NCBI GenBank assembly: GCA_038087875.1
Contig: JAXLNO010000660.1
Location: 1 to 44,141 of the forward strand
Reading direction: 5' to 3'
Length of the DNA stretch: 44,141 nucleotides
Source: Malacoraja senta
Taxonomy: Eukaryota
Below the pieces are notes generated by a model, which was given only the letters and a program-made list of their open reading frames with translations, was not told the DNA's origin and searched no databases. The translations under genes were made by a program, and so were the position numbers. This document shows positions 22,770-34,667 of the stretch, piece after piece; the stretch's first letter is position 1, and every line of letters begins with the position of its first letter.

Positions 22770-23990
22770 GGTAGTGTTCCTTTCTTCCGTTTGTTCATCC
22801 GTCGTTATACTGCTGGATGTACTGCTGATGTACTGCTGATTGGGGGTGGCGCATTTTCCATGGGGTCCGCTCTGGGCCCTGGCCTAAAAAGGCTTTCGGG
22901 GATAGTATGCGGACCCCGAGCTTTCACCAGTTCCATAAATTTGACCTTGACTGGTGGACGCGGTGGGGTACTGCCGTCTGGTTTTTTGTGTGGGTCTGCT
23001 CGTTCCGGGGCCTGCCCTCATGAGGCCAAATGCTTTGGACTCTTCCTCCAGGTCTTTCACTTGTCCTTCCAAATAACAGGATCTGCGGCTCTGAGGCCGG
23101 TGTTTTACACAGTCCTGCAAACCTGGGATTGAGGGCAGGTCTTATTCTCTCCTTGCGGAGGTTGTTTATCTCATATTGGGTGTTGCACAGCAGAGCCAGA
23201 GTGTCTTGCTGGTTTGTGGTCATATCCACCCCATCCACGGAACGAGCATAGGCTGTTATCCCTGTCGTCAGGAGCTTGAGGATTTTAGCTCCTGGTTCCG
23301 GACACTCTGTCCCATATACCCCCCCCAGATTTGGCTGTTAACAGCCGGTACATTGAGCGAACTGCAGTTTTCCAGCTCTAGTGCCTCATTAAGTACCTGT
23401 CTTGTAGGGGTTTGAGGGACAGGTGGTTAATGCTGGCCGCCAGTTTTGGCTGCAACGGCCGCCCTGCTCGTGGTGTAACCACGTAGCGAATCTCCACACC
23501 CAGCAGCTCTTCCTGATCCTGTACCCCAAGCGTACTCCCGACATCTTCAGCCAATGACCCCTGTTCCTGATCAGCCCAGCCCTGGTCGCCAACGCTGCCC
23601 TGCTTTGAGGGGAAAGCGATGGCCAGTGCATTGTAGAGCACTGCTGTGGGAGTGCCTGATCCCCCTGGCGAGACTGCTCTAGCTCCTGAAGCAAGTCTCG
23701 CTGGAGCAGTTGCTCCATGAGCCTTTCCATTCGGCTCAGGCGGCTAGTTCTGCCGCTCTCAGGCGGACCCTCCTCATCGGAGTCAGACATAACCGGCCGG
23801 TTTGTTTTTTGTCTTACTTTTCCTCCAGCCCGCTGCCGCTCATCAGGCTGCGCTAGCGGTACTGGGCTCGGCTCGGTCTCGATGAGGGTGGACCGCAGCA
23901 TGTGGGGTCCAGGTGCCGCCACTCACCCCCCACTGATGGAACACTCCCGTTCTGTTGGAGTCGAACGGGGTGCGGTTTTCTTCCTTTGCC
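22770..23990 (-). pseudogene. DIRS-B gag-like ORF1 remnant
   Basis: ORF pieces 23389-23922, 23378-23641, 22924-23238 and 22884-23120 lie in the ORF1 position and resemble DIRS-A ORF1. Confidence 0.7.
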
Positions 23991-24168
23991 GTGCTGCTCA
24001 TTTTCCCAGTTCCCCTGGAATACAGAGCAGAGCACAGCTTGCTGATTACGACCTCAGAGTAAGACTTACCTGATGGTCCGCTGTTTATTTTCCACCGACG
24101 TGTAGCGGGAGCGCAAGCGTGCTGGACGGGCTCTTCACGTAGTCACTCACGTGACTCCGAAGTAAAAT

Positions 24169-25071
24169 GTATGTTTTGGCTGACTTCTTGCAGGTGCGGT
24201 TGTGGTTCTGCTGTTTCAGTCAGTGCCTCGTGGGAGAGTGTGGGTTCAAGTGCATAGAGAGATTGTTGTGACTGGGCCCTGTTGGCACGGGCACGGCAGC
24301 ACCGGATAAAGTGGCCTTTCTTTTTACAATAGTGACAAGATTTGCCATAAGCGAGGCATTGCTCACGAAATTTCGGATGTGAGCCACTGCAATTACCACA
24401 GTTATTGACTAGATGATCAGTTACCCTCCCTGGGGGTTTAGGTGATTGTTGAGGGGTTAATTTTTGTCGTGGGGACCTATAGAGGGCATGGACGTCATAG
24501 GCAGAGTGTGGCCCCGGCCCCAAGGCTTTGGTATGGGTATCAGTGTATTCTGCAACCCGGCAGGCACATTCAACCTTATCAAGTGTAAGCTCCTCATCCC
24601 GGAGTAATTGATTTCTCACCTTATCATTCAGGATGCCTTATACGAGTCTGCCGCGGATGAGCTCATCACGGTCTTGGAAGTGGCATCTGGATGCAATGCT
24701 CTTAAGGGCACCAATGTAGGATTCAACTGTTTCGCCCTCTTGTTGGCTGCGGGAAGAAAACTTGTGGTGCTCCATGATAACGTTAGTGCGAAGTTGGCGC
24801 AGGTCTTTGAACTTTCGGAGTAGGCAGACAGGGTCTCTGATGGATTCTGCTGGGATCACAACATGTGTTACCACATCGGTATGTTCTGGGGCGTAGTGGA
24901 AATTCTGTGCCCGCAGGGCAGCCTCTGTGCCTGCCACATTGAGGAGATTTGACGCAACAGTGTGGGGTGCAGCTGCAGGGTGGGCAGCATCAATGAAAAT
25001 CTCGAATTCCACCGTTCAGCAAGCTCACTGTTGAACACCAAAGGATCTGGTCTGCGTAAGGAACGATCCAT
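24169..25071 (-). pseudogene. Gypsy gag remnant with two zinc knuckles
   Basis: MDRSLRRPDPLVF..., QQEGETVESYIGALK, DELIRGRLV, LTLDK, CGNCSGSH...C and CHYCKKKGHFIRCC. Broken by a frameshift and a stop. Confidence 0.85.
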
Positions 25072-25137
25072 GATTCGATGTAAAAAAAATAAACAAAAAT
25101 GAATTCATGCAAAATAGTTGTAGAAGTGATTGAAGAC

Positions 25138-25147
25138 TCTGACACCA
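25138..25147 (-). promoter_or_regulatory. Primer-binding site TGGTGTCAGA (tRNA-Leu-like)
   Basis: TGG starts immediately after the LTR's CA; the 10 nt match the 3' end of tRNA-Leu type primers. Confidence 0.7.
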
Positions 25148-25386
25148 TGTTTATCGGCGACCCAAATGAAAAACACTCGCATGGTGAAATCCAACTTTAT
25201 TCCATTAAGTACACAGGAACATGCAAACAGCCAGCTACTCGCATCTGGCTTTACCGACTAGAGTGCCCGAGCGAGAGAGAGAGAGAGAGAGTCTTTGTGT
25301 AGTACTGTAATACCATGTAAAGGGTGGCGTGCACATATGTGTGGTGAAGGTTATAAATGGCATGAATCAATAAGGGTTAATCTACA
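25148..25386 (-). repeat. Gypsy 5' LTR (239 bp)
   Basis: Same length as, and ~95% identical to, 15772-16010. It is followed on the minus strand by the PBS. Confidence 0.92.
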
Positions 25387-26754
25387 TCCTTCCTCTTAAA
25401 GAAGTAAAGCATATATAGTGGTTAGTGAAGCAAATATAAAACACCAGTATAAGGTGCGGCATTTATTATTTTACTGCATATGGGAGCACATAAAACTAAA
25501 CAAGTCATGCACAGTTCAGGTATAGCCAGTAAATTTTCCAATTAGCGGGTTTGGCTTGCAGACACGAACTGCACGTGGACAATAATAAGCTCCAGCAGAC
25601 ACCTCATCCTTCGCTGGGGAAGCAAGTCCCTTATCGGGTGAACACGAGGAGAAGGCACCGGTGGAGATTAGGGCATCGGGGACGGAAGGGATGGCGCCGG
25701 CATTGGTAGAGGAATCGCTGGAGCAGCATTCGCTGAGTGTGAGGGAAGACCGGCGGGCTGGTCCGGGTAAGGACGTGGAGGTGCCGGTTCATTAACCAGA
25801 AGGTTAAATCAATAAGGGTTAATCTACAGAAACTAGAGATATGAAGAGGTACAGAACACATCAGAGCTAGCACGGATGGCCAAGGAAAGGTGGAGCCCAC
25901 TTTCCCCACCATATTTTCCCCACAATTTTGATCTCTATTGACATATGATGCTATGCAAACCCCTCCTTAAAAAGCCAGAAGCGTCCATTTCCTGAGCCAC
26001 TAAGGCCTGATTCAGCCTCCCCGATATTTTATATCTGCTGCCCTTCCTCCAGCTGTTTTCCCGTTTACGAATGGCCAACTCTTCTCTTGCCTGTGGGCAA
26101 TAACTTAAAGCGGGATCAACAGTTAAAGCTGATGTGGCTATGGGAATCCTTTGGTCCAATGGCTCAATGGACCTTTTTTGTCACAGATGCAACTGCACTG
26201 TGAAATTCTTTTTACACATTTACACATGCAGGAGCCGCCATGTTTTGGCGTCATTTCCAAAGTGCCAATTCCAGTGCGTCCGCACACTTGATCTACTGGA
26301 GTGGATCCCGATCCCGGTAAGCTGTAGGCTCCTGTAGGACCTTCCTCCATGACCTTCGATGGGATCAGCCCACGAACTGATATCCCTCTCCTCGCCAGGC
26401 CATCTTTGTGAACCGGGGATGCCTTCTACAGCCGATCCTGAAGGCGCTGGAGGTATTACCCCAGTTCACCCTCCTACCCGCTCTTGCTTCTTGTGTCCAA
26501 AATCTGCAGTGGCTCCCTCGCTGTTCAGTGACCCGCAGAGCCTTCAAGTCCTCCGTGCGGGTTCCTGGATCTATGGCCGCAGTACCACAGAAAAGTCCAG
26601 GATTCCCATCTGCAAATCTTCAGTTCTGGCTCTCATCCGGACTGAATCATGGCCCATTGTCTCAGTTTCACCAAGGTAACAAAAGGATTTTTTTCTTCCA
26701 AGTAAGTGGCGTGATTAAAAATTCCCATATCCTGCACTCCCCTTCCCTCACATA

Positions 26755-27165
26755 CTCACGTGCACACACACACACATACACACATGCACACACCAACATG
26801 CCACATGCGCACAAGCATACACACGCACATGCCACATGCATACACAAGCACTCACACACCAACAAACACAGACACACACACATACACACAAGCACAAACA
26901 TACACACACACACAAACATACATGCACAGAAACAGGCACACACACAAGTAAAAGCATACACACACACACAAACATACAGTAGATATATATGCACACACAT
27001 GCGTCCACTAGTATGCACATAAGCATGCACACATATACACACACACAAGCACACATAATGACAAACACATACACACATACACAAGCACATCTATATATGT
27101 GCATACACACACATAAGCACACACATACACACACATGCACGCACAAGCATTCAAACACACACACT
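26755..27165. repeat. Degenerate CA-rich low-complexity tract
   Basis: About 400 bp of imperfect (CA)n/(CACATA). Confidence 0.95.
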
Positions 27166-30095
27166 TTCTCTGACAACTTTATAAAGGATGTAGAAATGTT
27201 ATACTTTAAATATGCATGTAACCAATCAGAAAAAAAGCACATTGATCTGTTTAACTTATGTTCTCCAGTTGATATCAAAATATATGGCAAGATTTTTGAT
27301 ATGTGGATACAGCAACATTCCACTGTAGTGCTTATTATAATTTAAAATGCCATCTGACTCCAGGATAAGGAGACTTCCAAACAATCCCTTAAAGTGACTT
27401 TATATTTAAACAGTGCAAGTGCTGAATGTCTCTAATAACTTGCCATTTTTCACCCACTCTGTACTAATAATGAACATATCTGAGGAAAGGAGAAATATAT
27501 ATGTATTAAAATGTCAATCTTCCAACACTGAGGAAATGTTTTTGCATTATGTTTTTTTTTCAGAATATGGCACAAATAGAAAATGTAATTCCTTTACTGT
27601 TTTATTCTCAAAATTATTTATGCATTAAACAATGGCAATGAAATTGAACAATGTACATCAATAAAATAAATCTACAACTTATGAATACCTTCAACTAGAA
27701 ATGACAGCAGCAATATGGTAAATGGGTCTGGCTTAGATGGCCATCTTGGTCAGCATGGATGAGTTGGGTCGAAGGGCCTGTTTCTGTGCTATATGACTCT
27801 AATAAATGTAATTGGAGTTTTATTAATAACATGATAGATTTTTGGTTGAATACTATTGACCAGTGTGTTCATTTTGCAACATTATATATTAGTTTCTCAA
27901 TTTGGTGCTTTGTAACTGATGTTTCTCATAATTAACATGTGATTGTCGCAACTTATTTTAAGTGACCATCAGTTGTTAATTATAGATAGACACAAGAAAC
28001 TGGAGTTACTCAGCGGGACAGGCAGCATCTCTGGAGAGAAGGAATGGGTGACGATTCAGGTCGAGACCCTTCTTCAGCACACTCTTCTCCAATTCCAGAG
28101 AGCACACCATTGTATCCAAGCCACTTCCCAATAAGTGAGTTTGGTATTCCAACTGTGCATGCTCAGGTCATAGGTCACGCGGGAAAACCATTCTTGCCAG
28201 CTGAGCTGCTGCGTGTGTACGGACCTGCGTATTCATTTCAATAAGATTTATAAATAAATTTGTCCGTCAAATATGTCAGCAGTAGGCCACAGCGTACTGC
28301 AGCTGCACAAATCCACAATTGTATCTATTTAAATTGTTGACTCAATACTGCACCAGCCTTGAAAACGCAAGAATGCCTGGAACAAACCTGTCAATTATCA
28401 AATCCCAGGCATTAGCCTGGGTCACAGACATTCAAATTCAACATTGATTTACACGAATTACAAGTTGTGTGGTCAACCAATTATGAGAATTTGCAGCCAT
28501 GTGAACTGCAGGCAAACTAGAGGCTTCACTCAGGAGTGGGTCGCGGCTCCCCAGCTGATGGGACCTGTTCTTGCTCTCTTTGAAAGAGGCGCCGCCCGCC
28601 CCAGCGAGTGGGTAAACATGGAGCCAACCCGTAATATGAGTGGGAGCATTTTTTCAGTCAGACTTTGTCGACAGTTGGGTTGGGGGATCTGGGCGAGAGA
28701 GAACTGGCGATGCCGAACAGATGGAACAGTTTAATAACGACCCATTAAAATCTGCCCTTCGGCCACTCGGCAACCTTGGCTGATCTGATCTGACAGCCCT
28801 CTCGCTAACTCGCTGCGTCCCCGATCCTAACGCAGAACCTCCACAAAACCTTTGGGCTTTGGCTAACACCTGCACAACGAGCCTCTGCTAACAAGGGCTG
28901 GTGAACTGTGCTGGTCAACGTGCACTGGGCGAGATGGCTGGGGGAAACGCACCACAACCACCGCAAACTTGGAACAGCACAGACCCTCCACTCAATCTAT
29001 CCAATACTAAAGGGCAGGCATTTCGCAGTTAAATGTCTTATATCGGATTGTCGGCTCCTTCACAAGGCCAACCCTGTACTCAGTTTTCCTCAGAGATGAA
29101 TCTTTGTCTTAACGGTACTTCTTTGCCTTAGGTAAAGCATCAGCCCACATCACACTGATACAGTCGCCGCCTGCATCAGATTAAATATATTTTTACACAT
29201 AAATTATGAATAAAGATAAGAAAATGTTTCAAACACAAGTAATATTTTCGATTCCAGTAGCAAACACATTCAGGATTAAATGAATATAATAAATTCTTTA
29301 ACTTTTTGAATATCTCATAATTGCAGATTAATGAACTGAACTAGATCTGGGACTGTGAAAGTAGTGTGTGAACAGCAGAACAATAAAGGAGGCTATTGAG
29401 TTGACAGAATTCTAGATAATTCATTGGTAGAATAGTTAACAATGTATACACAGTTTATACAGCGCTGTGTTCGCTTTTTTTTCCCGAATGACGTTTGACA
29501 AATCCCATGATTCCTTGCGTATATCGAAATACCAAACTCGCCTATTCCTCGTGATTTTTCTGGTTATCCAGTGCAAATGTTTTTGATCTCACATCTGAAT
29601 GGAAGGGTAATCCAGATACTTCTTCCTCATATACATTCACCCGGTAGAGCCAGTTTAATTCTGGAGTGAGTGATGAAGGTGTTTGAATCCCAAATTGCAG
29701 GAAATCAGAGAAGAGAGATATAGAGTAGGAGCCTGACTGCTAAGAGTATGTGAACAGATTAGGATACAAACTAAAGGAATTGGAGAAACAAGGAACTGCA
29801 GATGCTGATTTACTAAAAAAGGAATAAAGTGCTGGTGTATCTTAGCGGGCCAGTCAGCATCGCTGGGGAACATGGATAGGTAACATTTTGGGTGGGGACC
29901 CTTCTTCTTGGATTGGTCTTATACGATAGTGTGAAATGGATGGCAATGAGTTACAACACATTTTACATCACATTTCAACACTTGAAAGTCAATGTACGTG
30001 AAATACTGACCTTGCACAGTAACAATAGTCTGAAAAAGGCTCCCGTGGTCTTACAATGGATGTGATTTTATATTAAGAGAATCAAGAGTGTTTTA

Positions 30096-30882
30096 AGGGG
30101 CTGTCCCACTGAGGCGACCTAATCTGCGAGTTTAGACGAGTTTGCCCTTGACCCAAACTCGCAGCATGGTCGACACGTCGTCCTAGGAGGTCCTATGAGG
30201 TCACTGGAACTCTCCTTCATGCTCGAGGGAGGTTCCTGCATACTCGCGGCCTCAGCTATGTCGTGGAAAAAATTTCAGAATGTTGAAACATTTTCCGCGA
30301 GTAAAATTTGGTTGGCATGGTTCTCTTTAACTCGTAGTGCAGTGGAGTGGGGCAGTTACAGGCAGTCCAGGGCAGCCGTAGGCAATCTCCTTCGCTGACC
30401 GGGCATTTTGATTGGCTCATTGGAGTTTTCAGGACCAAGGAAAACCTACCGGTAGGTAAAATGCCCGCTAAACTTTATTATACTTCTTAAAAGTGTCTCC
30501 ACTCCTTGTCCCCCCCTTCTTCCCCCTTCTGTCCTCTTCTCTCTCCTTCTCTCTCCTTCTCTCTCCCTCTCTCACATTCTCTCCCACCCTCCCCCCCCCC
30601 CCGCGCTCTCTAAAGGACTTACCGTTACTGTGCAGCCATCTTTTACCTTCCTCTCCATCGCGGGTGTGAATTTCAGACAACGCTTCCCCGCTTTCCCTGG
30701 CCCCCGCCTTGGCGATGTGTTTGTGTGCGTGTGTGTGTGTGTGCGGTCGGTCGATCCAGCTCGCAGTGTCAACGCGGACGGTCGATCCAGCTCGAGGTTT
30801 TCCAGGCGAGTGCCCTCGAGCATGAAGGTCGAAGACACTCTTGTTAACTCATGGATTAGGTCACCGCAGTGGGACAGCCCCT
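30096..30882. mobile_element. Non-autonomous PIF/Harbinger element
   Basis: TIRs AGGGGCTGTCCCACTGAGGCGACCTAATC and GATTAGGTCACCGCAGTGGGACAGCCCCT. Flanks are TTA and TCA (degenerate TTA TSD). It splits a repeat that is seen intact at 5881-5961. Confidence 0.85.
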
Positions 30883-31014
30883 TCATTGCCGTATGTCCCA
30901 GAACGAAACAAAGGAATTTGTATATGTAGCAGCACAACAGATCTGTAAACTCTGTAAACACCAAAAAAGTTCAGTACATATATATATATATATATATACA
31001 TATGGAGGTTGTAA

Positions 31015-31300
31015 TGTTTCCCTCAATCTGGACATTATAGTTTTGAGGCTCCTATACCTTCTTCGTAATGGCAGGAATGAGATGAGTGTGTGGCTAGGAT
31101 GGTGTGGGTCTCTGATGATGCTGGCTGCCTTTTTGAGGCAGTGACTATTGTAGACAGCTTCGATGCTAGGGTGGTCATTACCCATGACGGACTGGGCAGT
31201 GCTCACCACTGTTTGCAATCTTCTTTGTTCCTGGACTTTCGAGTTGCCGAAATGGCCGTGATGCAACCAGTCAATATGCCCTCTCCTGTACACCTGTAGA
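31015..31300 (-). mobile_element. Rex1/Babar-like LINE ORF2 C-terminal fragment
   Basis: FGNSKVQEQRRLQTVVSTAQ...CLKKAASIIRDPHHPSHTLISFLPLRRRYRSLK matches the conserved RT C-terminal region of this clade. Confidence 0.7.
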
Positions 31301-32269
31301 ATTTGAAGTTTTTGACTAGAACTAGTTAAACAAATAAAACAGACAAAATGCAAATGTTTGGGAAAGAATTTGCAGCTGACATTGAATGGTCAGGAAGGCA
31401 AGTCTTCCATTACTGTGCTTCTAACTTCACAAACACAGCTCTGCAAAAAAATTCAGCCCAACACCTGACAGTTCAAATTCATTTAGAGCCACAGATCTGG
31501 ATTAGACAATAATCACTTTTACAGCTCTGCACAATTTAAACTGGAATGGCAGCTTGATTGAGTGCAAGTTATGTGCATTCAGAGAGCCTCCTCTTAAATC
31601 AATGCAGATTAATGTTGCTCCAGGTTAGGCAAGAAAGTACCTTTGAATAAAATCTCCATGCAATGGCATGCAGAATTTAGCAGCTGTAATTTTTGCCTGC
31701 ATCGTTATGATTTAAGTCACTGTCAGCTGGATACACAATGATGCTGCTTCCCATTTATCTCCAGTCAGAGAAAGCTCTGGAACTGGCAAGAAGCCTATTT
31801 TATTAGAACGTTGTTTCTGCAGGAAGGAGGTATAAACACTGGATTTCAAATTATACCTTTCTTATATGGTGCTGTTCTCAGCATTTATTGTTTTTGTCCT
31901 TGCCTCCAGCAGTGCAGAATGGAATATACAGCCCTGTCAGAAAACACTGTCTTTGTTTTCTGACAGGGCTGTATATGGACAGTCTTTGTGGTGGGGAGCT
32001 GAAGAAGGGTTTCGGCTCGAAACGTTGCCTATTTCCTTCGCTCCATAGATGCTGCTGCACCCGCTGAGTTTCTCCAGCACTTTTGTCAGTCTTTGTGATG
32101 GATCAGGTTAATTAAGATGCAGAGATTACAGTCAAATTCAGTGCGAGTTGTTGACATTGACCAAATGGAATCGCCGGTGATAGAATGGAGCATGTGGCAA
32201 TGGGTGAACCCATTGGCATTAGATGTCTACCTGGAGAAAACTATTGGAGATTAAGGATTTAGAGTTTCG

Positions 32270-32590
32270 GCTTATTTCTGTCACATGTACTGAGGTACAG
32301 TGAAAAGCTTTGTTTGCATGCTATTCAATCAGATCAAATAATACCATACATAACTATAATCAAGTCAAACTCAGGTACAATAGGTAAAGTAAAGTGGAAG
32401 ATACAGAGTGCAGAGTATAATTCACAGCATTCTAGCGCGCCAGTGTAATGTCCACAATGGGGTAGAGGTGAATCGGACAGTACACTAGCTTGTGGTGGGA
32501 CTGTTCAGGTCTGATAACAGCGGGGAAGAAGCTGTTCCTGACTTTGATTGTGCACACTTTTAAGTTTCGATATCTTCTGCCTGACAGGAG
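32270..32590 (-). mobile_element. Rex1/Babar-like LINE 3' end fragment
   Basis: The minus strand ends ...AAAGCTTTTCACTGTACCTCAGTACATGTGACAGAAATAA. The same tail occurs at ~1970-2045, 37040-37090, 38420-38703 and 41180-41235. Confidence 0.6.
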
Positions 32591-33089
32591 AGGAAAGGCG
32601 AAGGGTCAGTTCAGCACTGTATCTCTGAACTCTAAACTCTAAAATGCATTTGATTTTGATGCAGTATATTTCTAAACATGGCGAATGGTGAGATTTGTTT
32701 TAATTGTAGCAAAAAAAATAGGTTCACAAATTGAAAACACCCATCCCAAAGTTTAGTATTCTCCGCTCAATGTTTCATTGTTAATCCCTCTTCTCCCCAC
32801 TTGGGGCGCTGATGTGCTGGGCATGAGCCAGCATTGACATCTTTATCTCTCAGGCCATGTCATGTTACTCGTGCTCTGATGTGAGCCCAAAATGGCAGAA
32901 TTTGTTGCCTGACTATAGGCAGCAGATGACAATATGGGTGAGAGATGTCTGCCATTGGCAGATTGTGGAAAGGAGTACAGGTATAAGAGGTGTTGTTTCC
33001 GAAAGTTATGGGAGGCTCAAGTTACACTTAGAGGCCGAGCGGAACATTTCTCCTCCTGTTTCCACAATAAAACAAAAGCAACATTTAAC

Positions 33090-33590
33090 ATAAAGATGGA
33101 CACAAAGTGCTGGTGTAAATCAATGAATCAAAGCAGCATCTCTGGAAAAAAAAGGATGGGTAATATTTCAAGTTGGGGCCCTTCTTCAGATCTGAAACGT
33201 CACCAATCCTTTTTCTCCAGAGATGCTACCTGACCCGCTGTGGCACTCCATCACTTTATGTCTATCTTTGGTATAAACCAGCATCTGCAGTTCTTTGTTT
33301 CTGTCCTTTGACCTGTTCTGAACTTTGATCCAAATTCTGACAGAATTGTAATAAAAAGGAACTGCAGATGTTGATTTACACCTAAGATAGAGAAAAAATG
33401 CTGAAGTAACTAAGCAGGTCAGGCGGCATCTCTGGGGAACATGGATAGCTGACGTTTCGGGTCAGGAATCTTCCTCAAATTTAAGAATGAAGAGTCTGAA
33501 GAAGGGTCCCGACCTGAAACATCACCTAACCATGTTCTCCAGAGATGCTGCCGGACCCAATGAGTTACTCCAGCATTTTGTGCCTATCGT
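33090..33590. repeat. Two adjacent foldback copies of the Penelope-derived repeat (33090-33300, 33355-33590)
   Basis: Each has inverted arms (AAAGTGCTGG...GCAGCATCTCTGG vs CCAGAGATGCT...CTCCAGCA). A hammerhead-like core CTGAAGAAGGGTCCCGACCTGAAACATC lies at 33496-33523. Confidence 0.75.
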
Positions 33591-34178
33591 GACAGAATTG
33601 GTTGGTAGGGAGGCCTTCAATGGTGATGTATGCAATGCTCCAGTTTAAATGCTAGATTGATGATATCTTTATGATCCCTGCCATTTTCACGGCACCTTCT
33701 TTGAAATAAATAAGGTCAATTCACACCAGAAAAACTGGTAGTCCAACCTCCTCAAATCTCCTTCTAATACCACAGCAGTTAGTTTACTATTAATCCTCTC
33801 AGTTTGGTGGAGGCAATCAATGCTGTTTTTGCCAGAACAACTCAGGCTAAAAATTGCTTGCTAATTGCATCCCACAATATGTTCCCAATAGGTGAACAGA
33901 ATGCTCCTGCCGTGCAGAAATTGAGGACCATCATCATCTCCACAGCTACTGGCAATGCTGTTCTGATATTTGAACTGGCTCCAGGTAGTCTTGCAGTAAA
34001 TGACTGTGATATATTACTGCCTCACGAATCCTTACCTTTAGCTGGTGCTAACGTCCCCTTCCACCCATATACTGACTACTTCATGTTCCAAAGCAACACA
34101 AAAGGAGGCCACTCGGCCATTTAGTCTATGCCTGCAGTCCAAGCAATATCACAAACTTACTAACCTCTCGTCGATGAA

Positions 34179-34470
34179 TGGCACGGTGGTGCAGCGGTAA
34201 AGTTGCTGCCTTACAGGGCCGGAGACCCGGGTTCAATCCTGACAACGGGTGCTGTCTGTACGGAGTTTGCACGTTCTCCCCGTGACTGCATGAGTTTTCT
34301 CCAGGTGCTCAGGTTTCCCCCCACACTCCAAAGATGCACAGGTTTGTAGGTTAATTGGCTTCTGTAAATAGTGTGTAGGATAGTGCTAGTGTGTGTGGAT
34401 CGCAGGTCGGTGCCGACTCGGTGGGCCGAAGGGCCTGATTCCCCGCTGTATCTCTAAACCAAACTAAACT
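34179..34470 (+). mobile_element. Full-length V-SINE (HE1-like)
   Basis: tRNA-like head GGCACGGTGGTGCAGCGGTAAAG...GGGTTCAATCC, V-domain, and CR1-derived tail GGGCCGAAGGGCCTG...(TAAAC)n. Confidence 0.88.
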
Positions 34471-34667
34471 TAGTCTCTCTTACATGCCCATTAACACCCC
34501 TCTGATGCTTCCTGCAGTCACCTACCTTAGGGATCATTTACAGGAGCCAACCAACCCTATAACCAGCACAAAGATAGACACACTAAGATAGGTGGGATGG
34601 AACAAAAACATCTGGAGAAAACTCTTGTGTTTACAGAGAGAATGTGCAAACTCTAGAGAGACAATTT

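Larger units (their letters stand above)
19417..24168 (-). mobile_element. DIRS-type retrotransposon nested in the Gypsy (DIRS-B, 4752 bp)
   Basis: Inverted termini (TACGTGAAGAGCCCGTCCAGCACGC at both ends), ICR at 19639-19751, AAT at both boundaries, and gag-RT-RNH-MT-YR remnants. Confidence 0.93.
15772..25828 (-). mobile_element. Ty3/Gypsy LTR retrotransposon (rearranged, with nested DIRS), bounded by a GAAAC TSD
   Basis: TG...CA LTRs, PBS, PPT and gag-PR-RT-RNH-INT order. GAAAC lies at 15767-15771 and 25829-25833, inside a split Penelope-derived repeat (GGGGAGAGG-GAAAC-TAGAGATATG). Confidence 0.9.

Noticed and set aside
26408..27345. His/Thr- and Cys/Val-rich ORFs up to 204 aa
   Set aside because: They are translations of the degenerate CA tract; the non-repeat N-terminal part has no recognisable domain.
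31330..31860. AT-rich unique stretch with several CAGCTG E-boxes (possible enhancer); likewise 40070-40680
   Set aside because: Short motifs alone are not evidence without conservation or chromatin data.
33804..34124. 106-aa plus-strand ORF with plausible splice sites
   Set aside because: No recognisable domain; the opposite strand better resembles a transposase fossil.
34179..34250. tRNA-like sequences with A/B boxes
   Set aside because: They are SINE heads followed by V-domain and LINE tail, not tRNA genes.
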